From Actinomycetes bacterium (GTDB taxonomy: Bacteria > Actinomycetota > Actinomycetes > DATJPE01), in NCBI GenBank assembly GCA_031430645.1, contig JANPBY010000080.1, forward strand, positions 3,573 through 67,572: 64,000 nt of DNA, given 5' to 3'. The translations under genes were made by a program, and so were the position numbers. Position 1 is the first letter of the stretch; the number at the start of each line of letters is the position of its first letter. Shown here one piece after another: positions 42,307 to 52,767 of the stretch. The notes beneath the pieces are model-generated. The model did not search any database. It saw only the letters and a program-made list of their open reading frames with translations, and was not told the origin of the DNA.

Positions 42307-42445
42307 AGTGAGCAAGCGCACCTATCAGCCGAACAACCGTCGGCGGGCCAAAACCCACGGCTTCCGGCTGCGGATGCGGACCCGCGCCGGCCGGGCGATC
42401 CTGGGCGACCGTCGTCGCAAGGGCCGCTCGGAGCTCTCGGCCTGA
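42307..42445 (+). CDS. rpmH: 50S ribosomal protein L34
   Basis: GTG start after GGAG; protein [39 protein letters not shown]. Confidence 0.85.
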
Positions 42446-42461
42446 CGAGCGCGGCCCGTCC

Positions 42462-42881
42462 GTGCTCCCCGCCCCGCACCGCATGACCCGCCGCGACGAC
42501 TTTGGTCGCGCGGTTCGTGCTGGGCGTCGTGCGGGGCGACCTACGGTGGTGGCTCATCTCCAGCTCAGCCCCACGGCCGCAACGACGCAGCCGGCTCGAG
42601 TCGGCCTGGTCGTCTCCAAGGCCGTCGGTGGTGCGGTGACCCGCAATCAGGTGAGCCGGCGTTTGCGTCATCAGATGCAGACCAGGGTGTCGCGTCTGGC
42701 GTCTGGGTCGCTCCTGGTGCTTCGGGCCCAGCCCGCCGCGGCGTCGGCCAGCTCGGAGCTGCTTGGCGCTGACCTCGACCGAGTGCTCGACCGAATGCTC
42801 GACCAGGGGCTCACAGGAACCTCCGAGCCGACTGATCGCCGCAACCTCCGTCCCCATCCGGGACCCGGGGCGCGAAGATGA
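42462..42881 (+). CDS. rnpA: Ribonuclease P protein component
   Basis: Basic protein with the RNR-like motif region (TRNQVSRRLRHQMQ), in the conserved position after rpmH. Confidence 0.8.
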   Translation: MLPAPHRMTRRDDFGRAVRAGRRAGRPTVVAHLQLSPTAATTQPARVGLVVSKAVGGAVTRNQVSRRLRHQMQTRVSRLASGSLLVLRAQPAAASASSELLGADLDRVLDRMLDQGLTGTSEPTDRRNLRPHPGPGARR

Positions 42882-43165
42882 GCGAGGCCACGATCGTCGA
42901 GGTCAGCCGCGCCAGCCTTGGCGCCCGAGTGGTGCGAGCACCGTTCTTGGCCCTCATCGTGGCCTACCAGCGGGTGGTCTCGCCCTGGACCTCGAGCTCG
43001 TGCCGCTATTACCCCTCCTGCTCGGCCTACGCCTATCAGGCGATCGCGGCGCACGGCGTGCTTCGCGGCAGCTGGCTCGGCGGTCGACGGCTGCTCCGGT
43101 GTCACCCATGGGCTGCCGGTGGTCCCGACCCCGTCCCCTCCAACCAAGACTCTCGAGGAGCCTGA
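42878..43165 (+). CDS. yidD: Membrane protein insertion efficiency factor YidD
   Basis: Conserved Cys motif CRYYPSCSAYAYQAI; ATGA overlap with rnpA. Confidence 0.75.
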   Translation: MSEATIVEVSRASLGARVVRAPFLALIVAYQRVVSPWTSSSCRYYPSCSAYAYQAIAAHGVLRGSWLGGRRLLRCHPWAAGGPDPVPSNQDSRGA

Positions 43166-43168
43166 GCC

Positions 43169-44173
43169 GTGGGTCTACTGAACCCGCTCTACAACGCGGT
43201 CTCGTGGGTGCTGTTGCGCTTCCACGACCTGTGGAGTCAAATCTTTGCCCCCACGAGCGGTACTGCCTGGGGATTGTCCATCGTCGGTCTCGTGGTCGTG
43301 CTCCGAATCCTGCTCTTCCCGTTGTTCGTCAAGCAGATCAAGGCCCAGCGCGGACTTCAACAGCTGCAGCCGCAGATGAAGGAGATCCAGAAAAAGTACA
43401 AGGACGACCGGCAGAAGCAGTCCGAAGAGATGATGAAGCTCTACAAGGACACCGGAACCAACCCACTGTCCTCGTGCTTGCCCATCATCGTGCAAGCACC
43501 GTTCTTCTTCGCGCTCTTCCACGTGCTCAACGAGGTGTCCAAGGGCAACACCGTCGGGGTGATGACCCAGGTCAACGTGGAGTCGATGCGGCAGGCGACG
43601 ATCTTCGGTGCGCCGATCTACGAGACGTTCACCAAAGCCACCGAACTCGACGTCAAGATCGTTGCGGCGACGATGATCTTGTTGATGACCGCGTCGACGT
43701 TCATCACTCAGCGCCAGCTGATGGTCAAGAACATGCCGGTTGGCGTGGACAACCCGATGGCGCAGCAGCAGAAGATCCTGCTGTACGTCTTCCCGGTCAT
43801 GTTCGCCGTCTTCGGCATCAACTTCCCGATTGGTGTCCTCATCTACTGGCTGACCACCAACGTCTGGACGATGGGTCAGCAGTTCTGGGTGATCAGGCGC
43901 AACCCCACCCCAGGATCGGCAGCCTGGGAGGATCTGGAGTTACGCAAGCGGGCCAAGGCCATCAGCCGAGGCGAACCGATCCCGGTCCCTGAGGTGCCGG
44001 TTGCTCCTCCAGTGGTGCGCGCTCAACCCAAGCGGCAGTCCAAGAGCCAACGCAAGGGTGGCAGTCGCAGCCCCGCCGCTTCCGGCGATGCGGCATCCGT
44101 CGAGAGCCCTGATCCCCCTGATCCCCCTGATCCCCCCAAGACCGTCGGTACCCCCGACGAGGAGACCCCGTGA
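43169..44173 (+). CDS. yidC: Membrane protein insertase YidC
   Basis: 5-TM YidC/Oxa1 core (conserved TM2/TM3 segments); C-terminal basic tail with [10 protein letters not shown] repeat. Confidence 0.85.
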   Translation: MGLLNPLYNAVSWVLLRFHDLWSQIFAPTSGTAWGLSIVGLVVVLRILLFPLFVKQIKAQRGLQQLQPQMKEIQKKYKDDRQKQSEEMMKLYKDTGTNPLSSCLPIIVQAPFFFALFHVLNEVSKGNTVGVMTQVNVESMRQATIFGAPIYETFTKATELDVKIVAATMILLMTASTFITQRQLMVKNMPVGVDNPMAQQQKILLYVFPVMFAVFGINFPIGVLIYWLTTNVWTMGQQFWVIRRNPTPGSAAWEDLELRKRAKAISRGEPIPVPEVPVAPPVVRAQPKRQSKSQRKGGSRSPAASGDAASVESPDPPDPPDPPKTVGTPDEETP

Positions 44174-44772
44174 CCCCGGAGCGAACCGTGACTGAAGAGA
44201 CGACCGTTATGGACGAGCTGACTGAGCCGACTGAATCCGATGCGACTGAATCCGATGCGACTGGATCCGACGACGCCGAGGCGGAGGAACGCACCGCTGT
44301 CCCCGCCGTATCAGCGGCACAACGCCTGGAGAACGAGGGCGACATCGCTGCGGACTACCTCGAGGGCTTGCTCGACATCGCCGACCTCGACGGTGACATC
44401 GACATGGATGTCGAGGGAGACCGCGCCATGGTCTCGATTGTCGGGACGAATATCACCGAGTTGGTGGGCCGGAACGGTGAGGTCCTTGACGCGCTCCAAG
44501 AACTCACCCGGCTCGCGGTCCTCCGGGAGACCGGCGAGCGGAGCCGTTTGATGCTTGATGTGGCGGGCCACCGCGCCCGACTGCGTGAGGAGCTCACGGT
44601 GCGCGGCACGAAGGCCGCCGAGGACGCCCGCGCGAGTGGTGAACCGGTGCGGCTGGTCCCGATGACCCCCTTTGAGCGGAAGATCGTGCACGACGCTGTC
44701 GCTGCCGCCGGGCTCACCAGTGAGTCCGAGGGTGTGGAGCCCGGTCGCTACGTCGTTGTCCTTCCCCGCTGA
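44170..44772 (+). CDS. Jag/KhpB-like R3H RNA-binding protein
   Basis: Acidic repeat N-terminus ([15 protein letters not shown]); KH-like and R3H C-terminal region (RKIVHDAV); ATGA overlap with yidC. Confidence 0.7.
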   Translation: MTPERTVTEETTVMDELTEPTESDATESDATGSDDAEAEERTAVPAVSAAQRLENEGDIAADYLEGLLDIADLDGDIDMDVEGDRAMVSIVGTNITELVGRNGEVLDALQELTRLAVLRETGERSRLMLDVAGHRARLREELTVRGTKAAEDARASGEPVRLVPMTPFERKIVHDAVAAAGLTSESEGVEPGRYVVVLPR

Positions 44773-44808
44773 GTCTGAGGCGCTGTTTCACGTGAAACAG
44801 GGCTGCCC

Positions 44809-45474
44809 GTGATGGCGGCAGGCCAGGGTCCCGCGGCGGCCCTCGCTCTGCCGCCTGCCGCGGCGGCGGCGGCGTTCGGTGACCGGCTCGCACTGGCGCA
44901 GCGTTACGCCGAGTGGCTCGCGGGCGCTGGCGTCGAGCGCGGCCTGCTCGGACCCCGCGAAGTCCCCAGGCTCTGGGATCGACATCTGCTGAACTGCGTG
45001 GTCTTGGCGCCGCTCCTGGGTGAATCCGCGCTTGTGGGTGACGTCGGCAGCGGGGCCGGACTTCCCGGTATCGTCGTGGCGATCGCTCGGCCGGACCTGT
45101 CGGTCGTGCTCGTCGAACCGCTGCTTCGGCGCGCAGACTTCCTGCGCGAGGTGGTAGCCGACCTGGGCCTGTCCTCGGTCGAGGTCGTTCGTGAGCGTGC
45201 TGAACAGGCCCAAGAGCGAAACTTCGACGTGGTGACCGCTCGCGCGGTGGCCCCGTTGACCCGTTTGCTCGGGTGGACGTTGCCGTTGTTGAGACCAGGC
45301 GGGGAGCTGCTTGCGATCAAGGGGTCTTCGGCCGCCGAGGAACTGCGGATGGCCGGTGATCTGCTCAGCCGCTGGAGGATCGAGGAGGCTCAGGTGCTGC
45401 AGGTCGGACACGGCGTGGTCGAGCCGGTGACCACGGTCGTCCGGATCCGGCTTGGGTCGGGGCGCTCCCGGTGA
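44809..45474 (+). CDS. rsmG: 16S rRNA (guanine527-N7)-methyltransferase RsmG (GidB)
   Basis: SAM motif VGDVGSGAGLPGIVVAI and the conserved RsmG C-terminal region. Confidence 0.85.
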   Translation: MMAAGQGPAAALALPPAAAAAAFGDRLALAQRYAEWLAGAGVERGLLGPREVPRLWDRHLLNCVVLAPLLGESALVGDVGSGAGLPGIVVAIARPDLSVVLVEPLLRRADFLREVVADLGLSSVEVVRERAEQAQERNFDVVTARAVAPLTRLLGWTLPLLRPGGELLAIKGSSAAEELRMAGDLLSRWRIEEAQVLQVGHGVVEPVTTVVRIRLGSGRSR

Positions 45475-46409
45475 CTGAGGCAAGAGCGGTTTCACGTGAA
45501 ACCTTTGACGCAGACCACGCAGACCACGCAGACACCCCGATCGGGCAGGCGGCGGCGACGGCCGTGCGGGTGATGGGGGGGCGAGTCGGGGAGCTGCCCC
45601 GTCCGCCCAAGACCCGGATCATCACGGTGGCCAACCAGAAGGGCGGCGTGGGAAAGACGACGAGCGCCGTCAACCTGGCTGCGGCGCTGGCTCTGCACGG
45701 CCTGGTAGTCCTCGTCCTCGACCTGGACGCCCAGGGCAATGCGTCGACTGCCCTCGGGATTCCGCATCAGGTCGGTACGCCGAGCATCTATGAGGTCCTC
45801 GTCGACGGTTTGCCCCTCTCCTCGGTCGTCCAGGACTCCCCGGACCTCCAAGGCCTGCGGGTGGCCCCGGCCACGATCGATCTGGCCGGAGCGGAGATCG
45901 AGTTGGTGTCGCTCGTCGCCCGAGAGACGCGCCTCGACCGGGCGCTGCGGGCCTATCTGGTCGCGGAGGCCCTGGCCGGTCGCCCGGTGGACTACGTGCT
46001 GATCGACTGCCCACCCTCATTGGGCCTGCTCACCGTGAACGCGCTCGTCGCCGGTGAGGAGGTACTCATCCCGATCCAGTGCGAGTACTACGCCTTGGAG
46101 GGTTTGGGGCAACTCGTCCGTACGATCGACTTGATCAAGGTTCATCTGAATCCCACGCTGCACCTGTCGACCATCCTGCTGACGATGTACGACGGGCGAA
46201 CCAAGCTCGCGGCCCAGGTGGCCGAAGAGGTCCGCATGCATTTCGGTAACGTCGTCCTCCCCACCGCCGTGCCGCGGTCGGTGCGGGTGTCCGAGGCGCC
46301 GAGCTTTGCCCAGACGGTGATCACGTACGACCCCGGGTCCACGGGAGCGTTGTCCTATCTCGAGGCCGCGCGCGAACTGGCCGGTCATCAACGAGAGGAG
46401 CAGGTGTGA
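45471..46409 (+). CDS. parA: Chromosome partitioning ATPase ParA (Soj)
   Basis: Deviant Walker A KGGVGKTT; ParA motifs ([15 protein letters not shown]). Confidence 0.9.
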   Translation: MTEARAVSRETFDADHADHADTPIGQAAATAVRVMGGRVGELPRPPKTRIITVANQKGGVGKTTSAVNLAAALALHGLVVLVLDLDAQGNASTALGIPHQVGTPSIYEVLVDGLPLSSVVQDSPDLQGLRVAPATIDLAGAEIELVSLVARETRLDRALRAYLVAEALAGRPVDYVLIDCPPSLGLLTVNALVAGEEVLIPIQCEYYALEGLGQLVRTIDLIKVHLNPTLHLSTILLTMYDGRTKLAAQVAEEVRMHFGNVVLPTAVPRSVRVSEAPSFAQTVITYDPGSTGALSYLEAARELAGHQREEQV

Positions 46410-47383
46410 ACGCGCGACGAGGCGGACTCGGTCGGGGACTGGGTGCCCTGATCCCGAGCGGGCCCCCTGCAGAGGATGACGGTTCGTCGGCGCGTGTGCC
46501 AGCCAGCGGGGTTTCGGAGGATTCCTCGCCTGTTGCGTCTTTTGTGCTCGAGCGAGCGGCCGCGGCGCACTTCGCCGAACTACCCGTGGGGTCGATCCAG
46601 CCCAATCCCCGCCAGCCCCGGCAAATCTTTGATGAAGAGGCGCTGGCCGAACTCGTGCACAGCATCAAGGAGATCGGCCTGCTGCAGCCGGTTGTCGTTC
46701 GGCCAACCGGGCCAGGGGCGTATGAGCTGGTCATGGGCGAGCGTCGTTGGCGAGCGACTCAGGCAGCCGGCCTCGACACGATCCCCGCAATCGTCCGCGA
46801 GACCGAAGACGACGCGATGCTGCGCGACGCCCTGCTCGAGAACCTCCATCGCAGTCAGCTCAACCCCCTCGAAGAGGCGGCGGCCTATGACCAGCTGCTC
46901 AAAGACTTCGGCTGCACTCACGACGAGCTCGCCCAGCGGATCGGCCGATCTCGGCCGCAGATCTCCAACACCATCAGACTGCTCAAGCTGTCCCCCCAGG
47001 TGCAACGCAGAGTCGCCGCCGGCGTGCTGTCAGCAGGTCACGCGAGAGCGCTGTTGGGGTTGGAAAGCCCCGAAGCCCAGGACAGGCTGGCTCAGCGAAT
47101 TGTGGCCGAGGGGCTCTCGGTACGCGCGGTGGAGGAGATCGTCGCGCTCGGTGGTGATCCGACGCCAACAGCGGCGCGGGCCACGCCGCGCACGATGGTG
47201 GCCCCCGGTCTCGAGGACCTTGCCGCCCGTTTGTCGGACCGTTTGGAGACCCGGGTGCGGGTTCAACTCGGCCGAACGAAGGGTGTGGTGACGATTGAGT
47301 TCGCGAGCCTGGAAGACCTCGACCGGATCGTCAATGTCATTGAAAGCAAGGTCATCGAAAGCGGCGTCATCGACCGGGTCTGA
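46406..47383 (+). CDS. parB: Chromosome partitioning protein ParB (Spo0J)
   Basis: ParB box GERRWRA, HTH ([25 protein letters not shown]). Confidence 0.9.
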   Translation: MNARRGGLGRGLGALIPSGPPAEDDGSSARVPASGVSEDSSPVASFVLERAAAAHFAELPVGSIQPNPRQPRQIFDEEALAELVHSIKEIGLLQPVVVRPTGPGAYELVMGERRWRATQAAGLDTIPAIVRETEDDAMLRDALLENLHRSQLNPLEEAAAYDQLLKDFGCTHDELAQRIGRSRPQISNTIRLLKLSPQVQRRVAAGVLSAGHARALLGLESPEAQDRLAQRIVAEGLSVRAVEEIVALGGDPTPTAARATPRTMVAPGLEDLAARLSDRLETRVRVQLGRTKGVVTIEFASLEDLDRIVNVIESKVIESGVIDRV

Positions 47384-48350
47384 GGGCCTGCTCGACCAAG
47401 GTGCGACAGACCGTCCCCAAGTCCAGCCCCGCTGCGGCGACCGCCTGCGGCAACAACGAGGTCTCGGTCATGCCGGGAGAGACGTTGGCCTCGAGGAACC
47501 ACGGCGTGCCGGCCGCGTCGACGATCAGGTCTGAGCGGGACAGGTCGCGCAGGCCCAAGGCGGCATGGGCCTCCAGTGCCACGGCTGCACACTGAGCCGC
47601 AACGGTTGCACTGAGCCGGGCGGGGGCGAAGAACTCGGTGGCGCCCGCGGTATAGCGGGCGGCATAGTCGTAGAAGCCACCGTCTGGGACCACCTCGACA
47701 GCAGGCAAGGCCATCGGTCCCTGACCGAGGTCAACCACGGACACTGCAACCTCGACTCCAGTGATCTGGGTCTCGACGAGGGCGGTGTCGGCATAGGCGA
47801 AGGCCGCGACCATCGCGGCTGGCAGGTCCTCCGCCCGGTCGACGACGGAGGCACCCAAGGCTGACCCTCCGCGGGAGGGTTTGACCATCAGGGGAAGCTT
47901 GAGCCGGGCCACCAAAGCCTCGAGGACGGCACCGGCTCCCAACTCACGAAACGTGGCGTGCGGAAGCACCACACCAGCCGGCACGGCAACCCCCCTGGCG
48001 GCGACGGTGGACTTGGCGACCGGCTTGTCAAAGGTTCCACGACAGGGTTGCGGACGTGACCCGACATAAGGGATGCCGATCAGTTCTAAGACGTCGCGGA
48101 TAGCTCCGTCCTCGCCGGCCTGGCCGTGCAGGAGGGGAACCACCACGTCCGGTGGATCCGCCATGAGCGCCGGCAACAGCGCTGCGTCGGCGTCGAGTAC
48201 CCGGACCTCCAGCCCGGCTCCGCGCAGGGCCTCAGCGACCCGCCGTCCGGAGCGCACCGAGACCTCACGCTCATGGGAGAGCCCGCCGGCGATGACCGCG
48301 ACCGTGGGACCTGCACCAGACCCTTGATGCATGCGTGATCTGGTGCTCAT
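47367..48350 (-). CDS. ddl: D-alanine--D-alanine ligase
   Basis: ATP-grasp with Ddl motifs ([52 protein letters not shown]). Confidence 0.8.
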   Translation of the reverse strand: MSTRSRMHQGSGAGPTVAVIAGGLSHEREVSVRSGRRVAEALRGAGLEVRVLDADAALLPALMADPPDVVVPLLHGQAGEDGAIRDVLELIGIPYVGSRPQPCRGTFDKPVAKSTVAARGVAVPAGVVLPHATFRELGAGAVLEALVARLKLPLMVKPSRGGSALGASVVDRAEDLPAAMVAAFAYADTALVETQITGVEVAVSVVDLGQGPMALPAVEVVPDGGFYDYAARYTAGATEFFAPARLSATVAAQCAAVALEAHAALGLRDLSRSDLIVDAAGTPWFLEANVSPGMTETSLLPQAVAAAGLDLGTVCRTLVEQALRPGR

Positions 48351-49669
48351 GCGAGGTCCGGCCCGGGGGAGTCACCGAGTGAGGAGCGGCCGTGCGGCGT
48401 TGTGGCGCCGAAGGTTCTGGTCAGCTCGAGCTCCTCCTCGATCACGGCCGCGAGCCGGCGTACGCCCTCACGGATCCGTTCGGGTTCGGGGTAGCAGTAG
48501 GACAGGCGTAACGCCCCACGCGCTTGCGCCTCGGTCTTGGCGGCGCCGGCGTAGAACGCACTGCCGGGTACGTAGGCCACCCGCGCGGTGACGGCGCGCG
48601 GCAGCATCGCCCCGGCATCCAGCCCCTCGGGAAGGGTCACCCAGGAGTAGAAGCCGCCCGTCGGCCGGGTCCAGGTCGCGCCCTCCGGCATCATGGCCTC
48701 GAGCGCGCCGAGCAGGCTGTCACGCCGCTCCCGATAGATCTCCCGGAAGATCTTGACCTGGTCCAGCCAGGGTTCGGTGGCGAGGTAGGTCGAGACGGTC
48801 AGCTGGCTATAGGCGGAGGGGCACAGGACCGAGGCCTCAGCGGCCAGGACGAGCTTCTCCCGGACCCCGTGCGGGGCGACCGCGTAGCCGACCCGTAGGC
48901 CGGCCGCCAAGATCTTGGAGAAAGACCCGAGGTAAATGACTCCCTCCGCGTCCGTGGCCCGCAAGGCTTGCGGGACCACTCCCTCGAAGCCGAGCAAGCC
49001 GTAGGGGTCATCCTCGAGAACGAGCAAGCCGGCCCGCTGTGCGATCTTGAGAATCTCTTGACGCCGCAACGGCCCTTGCGTCACCCCGGCCGGGTTGTGG
49101 TAGCTCGGCACTGTGTAAAGAAACTTCACTCGGCGACCGGATGCCGCGAGGGCTTCAAGCGCCGCGGCCAACGCCTGAGGGACCAAGCCCTCGTCGTCCA
49201 TCGCGACGTGGACAACGTCGACTTCGTAAGCGGCGAACGTTGAGAGCGCCCCGACATAGGACGGGGCCTCAGCGAGCACCACGTCACCCGGGTCGCAGAA
49301 CACCCGGGTCACCAGGTCCAGTGCCTGCTGGGACCCTACGGTCACGACGACGTCATCGGGGTGCGCGTGCACACCGACCGTGGGAAGCACCTCAGCGGTG
49401 ATCTGCTCGCGCAGCCCCACATCACCCTGGCCGGAGCCGTACTGCAGAGCCTGCTCCCCGCGCTCCCGGATGAGCCGCTGGACGGTCTCGGCGACGATCT
49501 CGAGGGGGAGAGCGGCGACGTAGGGCATCCCGCCGGCCAACGACACGACTTCGGGGCGGGAAGCGACCGCGAACAGGGCGCGGACCTCCGACGCCGTCAT
49601 GCCGTGAGTTCGGGCGGCATAGGAGTCGACCCACGGGTCGAGGCGGCTGCCGCGCCGGGCTGGTCCCAT
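48347..49669 (-). CDS. PLP-dependent aminotransferase (class I/II fold, AAT-like)
   Basis: 440 aa; PLP-lysine region SFSKILAAGLRVGY; fold-type I conservation; ATGA overlap with ddl. Confidence 0.7.
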   Translation of the reverse strand: MGPARRGSRLDPWVDSYAARTHGMTASEVRALFAVASRPEVVSLAGGMPYVAALPLEIVAETVQRLIRERGEQALQYGSGQGDVGLREQITAEVLPTVGVHAHPDDVVVTVGSQQALDLVTRVFCDPGDVVLAEAPSYVGALSTFAAYEVDVVHVAMDDEGLVPQALAAALEALAASGRRVKFLYTVPSYHNPAGVTQGPLRRQEILKIAQRAGLLVLEDDPYGLLGFEGVVPQALRATDAEGVIYLGSFSKILAAGLRVGYAVAPHGVREKLVLAAEASVLCPSAYSQLTVSTYLATEPWLDQVKIFREIYRERRDSLLGALEAMMPEGATWTRPTGGFYSWVTLPEGLDAGAMLPRAVTARVAYVPGSAFYAGAAKTEAQARGALRLSYCYPEPERIREGVRRLAAVIEEELELTRTFGATTPHGRSSLGDSPGPDLA

Positions 49670-49728
49670 GGCTCTACGATGCCGTACTCGGGGTCCGGAT
49701 CACGAACTCCAGGCTGTGAGGAGGCATC

Positions 49729-49917
49729 ATGCGCGTCCTTCGGTGGGTGGTGCTCGGGGTCTTGGCGGCGGCCGTCGGCGCCTTCGTGCTCGGCCTGCTT
49801 GCTCCGCGGCGGCGGTTGCCCGCCACACCGGTCCCGATCTATGTCGCGCCGCCGCCGGCTGAGGATTCCTCGGTCGCGGTCGAGGACGCTGTGCCCTTGG
49901 CGCCGTCGGACGGGTGA
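49729..49917 (+). CDS. Small membrane protein (62 aa), hypothetical
   Basis: Strong RBS GAGGAGG 6 nt upstream; N-terminal TM VLRWVVLGVLAAAVGAFVLGLLAP; high GC3. Confidence 0.5.
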   Translation: MRVLRWVVLGVLAAAVGAFVLGLLAPRRRLPATPVPIYVAPPPAEDSSVAVEDAVPLAPSDG

Positions 49918-49965
49918 GCGGCTGCACGTTGGATCGGGCTCAGCTGGATCGGGCTCAGCCCAGGT

Positions 49966-51198
49966 TCAACTGACGAGCTCGGGTAGCCGCAGCACACCGG
50001 TCGGGTGGTCGTCGTCGGAGGTCAAGTACAACCGTTGGACCGCAACCGTGACAGCCTCGGCGACGGTGTCGCGGAAAGCGGGGTCCGCGAGCCGAGCCGA
50101 GTCTCCCGGATGGGTGAGATAGCCGAGTTCGATGCGGACGGCCGGCATCCGGGTGCGCCGCAGCAGGTCCCAGGTCTTGCCATGCGTCCGGCAATCCACC
50201 AAGTCGGTGCGGGCCACGATCTCGCGCTGAACCAGTCCGGCAAAGGTCTCCCCGACAGCTGAGTGCGCTCCACCGCCAGCGACGCCGTAGTAGTAGGTCG
50301 CCAGGCCGCTGGCGGCCGGTTCAGCTGAACCGTCGGAGTGCAAGGAGATCACCAGGTCGGCTCGCGCGGCGTTGGCAAAGGCTGCGCGCGCTGACTCATC
50401 TGGACCGGGATCGTCCTCGGCCAGCCGACCGCGCGTGAGATAAGCCGTGACGCCGAGTGCGCCCAGTCGGCCCTCGATGCGGGCCGCGAGGTCGGCCGCC
50501 ACTACCGCCTCGGTCAGGCCGGCGCCGCAGTGTCCGGAATCAGCGCCACCGTGGCCGGGGTCGATGACCACGATCTTGCCCACGAGAGTGGGGCCACTCC
50601 GACGGATTCGCTCGGTCTCGCGCAGGGCCTGGGGCTCGCCGCCGGTGACAGTTCGGCTCAGCCGGTCCAACGCCATCAGCGTCTGCGGGCCGCAGAGCCC
50701 GTCATCGACCAACCCGACGTTTCGCTGGAAGTCACGAACGGCCCGGTCAGTCTGCCGACCGAAGATCCCGTCCACCCGACCGGAGTCGAAGCCCATGTCG
50801 AGCAGCCGCTGTTGCAGGGCGGCGACGTCGTCGCCCGTAGGCGGGTAGCCCACGGTCTGGTGGAGCACGCGGTCGCCGAGGCTCCACCGCGCCTCATCCA
50901 ACAGACGCCACGTCTGGGGCCCGACGATGCCATCCACGCTCGTGCCCCGTTGCTGCTGGAAGTGTCGTACGGCATCGTCGAGCGCGTCATCGAAGAGCGC
51001 CTCAGCGGGCGATCGGCCCGGTGCAGTGGGATCAAGGTTCGGCAGCACGCCCAGGTGTGTCAGGCGTCCACGGATCTCGGCCACTGCCGGGCCGGAGTCG
51101 CCGTGACGGTAGATCTGCTGCACGCGCCGGAGTCCTTTCGTGCGCTCGTGGCTCAGGCGAGCCGAGGCCGTTCGTGAGGATCGTACGCAACAGACCAT
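49966..51198 (-). CDS. cwlM: CwlM-like N-acetylmuramoyl-L-alanine amidase with two PG-binding domains; start uncertain (ATG 51198 or GTG ~51123)
   Basis: N-terminal PG_binding_1 x2 (SGPAVAEIRGRLTHLGVL..., GDDVAALQQRLLDMGF) plus Amidase_3 catalytic domain (VVIDPGHGG...). Confidence 0.75.
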   Translation of the reverse strand: MVCCVRSSRTASARLSHERTKGLRRVQQIYRHGDSGPAVAEIRGRLTHLGVLPNLDPTAPGRSPAEALFDDALDDAVRHFQQQRGTSVDGIVGPQTWRLLDEARWSLGDRVLHQTVGYPPTGDDVAALQQRLLDMGFDSGRVDGIFGRQTDRAVRDFQRNVGLVDDGLCGPQTLMALDRLSRTVTGGEPQALRETERIRRSGPTLVGKIVVIDPGHGGADSGHCGAGLTEAVVAADLAARIEGRLGALGVTAYLTRGRLAEDDPGPDESARAAFANAARADLVISLHSDGSAEPAASGLATYYYGVAGGGAHSAVGETFAGLVQREIVARTDLVDCRTHGKTWDLLRRTRMPAVRIELGYLTHPGDSARLADPAFRDTVAEAVTVAVQRLYLTSDDDHPTGVLRLPELVS

Positions 51199-51236
51199 CG
51201 AGGGAACAGGGTCCGAGGGCTCGGTCCCCGACCGGC

Positions 51237-51566
51237 TCAGCCGATGTAGTCGTGCAGATCCTTCAGCAGGGCCGACTTGGGCTTGGCTCCGACGATGGTC
51301 TTGACCACCTGGCCCCCGGAGAACACGCTCATGGTGGGGATCGACGTAATGCCGTACGACGCTGAGATCTGCGGGTTCTCGTCGACGTTCAGCTTGACGA
51401 CGGTGATCTTGTCCGCGTGCTCCCCGGCGATCTCCTCGAGGATGGGGGCAACCTGACGGCACGGTCCGCACCACTCGGCCCAGAAGTCGACGAGCACCGG
51501 CTTGTCGCTCTGCAGGACATCGACAAGGAATGAGTCGTCGGTTACGGCTTTGGTGTTGGCGCCCAC
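51237..51566 (-). CDS. trxA: Thioredoxin
   Basis: WCGPC active site; 109 aa. Confidence 0.9.
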   Translation of the reverse strand: MGANTKAVTDDSFLVDVLQSDKPVLVDFWAEWCGPCRQVAPILEEIAGEHADKITVVKLNVDENPQISASYGITSIPTMSVFSGGQVVKTIVGAKPKSALLKDLHDYIG

Positions 51567-51635
51567 GGGGGGTCTCCTCTTTGGGGATGGGTGAGTCGGG
51601 CAGGGAGTGGTGTGAGAGGTATCGCGTCCGACAAG

Positions 51636-52622
51636 TCAGACGCCTGCTGCAACGGCGTGGGTCGTGGTCGAACCGGCCGTGGCGGCGTCCTCGAGATCGG
51701 CGAGGAACCGCTCAGCGTCCAGGGAGGCTGCGCAGCCGGTGCCCGCCGCGGTGACTGCCTGGCGGTAGACGTGGTCCACAAGGTCTCCGCAGGCGAACAC
51801 GCCGGCGAGGTTTGTTGCTTGCGTGCGACCTTCGACCAGGACGTAGCCTTCGTCGTCGAGGTCGACCTGGCCGGCCAACAGCTCAGACCGCGGGTCGTGG
51901 CCGATGGCAACGAAGACGCCGGTCACCGCCAGATCTCGTTCGGTGCCGCTGAGGGTGTCGCGCAGTCGTACGCCGCTGACCTTGTCCTCACCGTGAATGG
52001 CGACGACCTCACTGTTCCAGGCGAAGGAGATCTTGTCGTTAGCGAAGGCTCGGTCCTGCATGACCTTGGAGGCGCGCAGGACGTCGCGACGGTGGACCAG
52101 GGTCACCGTCTCGGCGAACCGGGTAAGGAACGTGGCCTCTTCGAGTGCTGTATCGCCACCACCTACGACGACGATGTGCTGGCCTTTGAAGAAGAAACCG
52201 TCGCACGTGGCACACCATGAGACGCCCCGCCCGGAGAGCCGTTTTTCGTCGGGCAGGCCGAGCTCGCGGTAGCCAGACCCGGTCGCCAAGATGACTGCGT
52301 GGGCGCTGTGGGTGTTGCCGGAGCCGTCAGTGACGATCTTCACGTCGCCGGCTAGGTCGACAGCGGTGATGTCATCGGTGATCAACTCGGCGCCGAAGCG
52401 CTCAGCCTGCGCCCGGAGGGAGTCCATCAGGTCCGGGCCCATGACCCCGTCGGGGAAGCCGGGGAAGTTTTCGACATCGGTGGTGTTCATGAGGGCGCCG
52501 CCGGCGGTGACTGAACCCTCGAAGACCAGCGGGGAAAGGTTGGCGCGAGCCGCGTAGATCGCGGCGGTATAGCCCGCCGGGCCAGACCCGATGATGATGA
52601 CGTTGCGAATCTCGTCGCTCAC
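51636..52622 (-). CDS. trxB: Thioredoxin-disulfide reductase
   Basis: Start trimmed to GTG after GAGAGGA ([27 protein letters not shown]); CATC redox motif ([11 protein letters not shown]), NADPH and FAD motifs. Confidence 0.9.
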   Translation of the reverse strand: MSDEIRNVIIIGSGPAGYTAAIYAARANLSPLVFEGSVTAGGALMNTTDVENFPGFPDGVMGPDLMDSLRAQAERFGAELITDDITAVDLAGDVKIVTDGSGNTHSAHAVILATGSGYRELGLPDEKRLSGRGVSWCATCDGFFFKGQHIVVVGGGDTALEEATFLTRFAETVTLVHRRDVLRASKVMQDRAFANDKISFAWNSEVVAIHGEDKVSGVRLRDTLSGTERDLAVTGVFVAIGHDPRSELLAGQVDLDDEGYVLVEGRTQATNLAGVFACGDLVDHVYRQAVTAAGTGCAASLDAERFLADLEDAATAGSTTTHAVAAGV

Positions 52623-52677
52623 TGCTGTCCTCTCGTCCCCGGGCTGCCGGCCATCCGTGCTGCTATTCGTGCTGCCA

Positions 52678-52710
52678 TCCGTGGAACACAGCCTAGGGCT
52701 CGGGCATTCC
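52678..52710 (-). promoter_or_regulatory. Putative SigR/SigH-type ECF promoter (GGAAT-N18-GTT) driving trxB-trxA
   Basis: Minus-strand reading ggaatgcccgagccctaggctgtgttccac matches the thiol-stress sigma consensus exactly, ~55 nt upstream of the trxB GTG. Confidence 0.45.
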
Positions 52711-52767
52711 AGCCTCTGGACGGACAGCACTGGGGGCAGCCCTGGGGACTGCACTGAACCGAATGGC

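Noticed and set aside
52681-52710. Plus-strand reading GTGGAACA...CATTCC as an ECF -35 for a plus-strand gene
   Set aside because: No plus-strand gene lies downstream. The minus-strand reading gives an exact GGAAT-N18-GTT in front of trxB.
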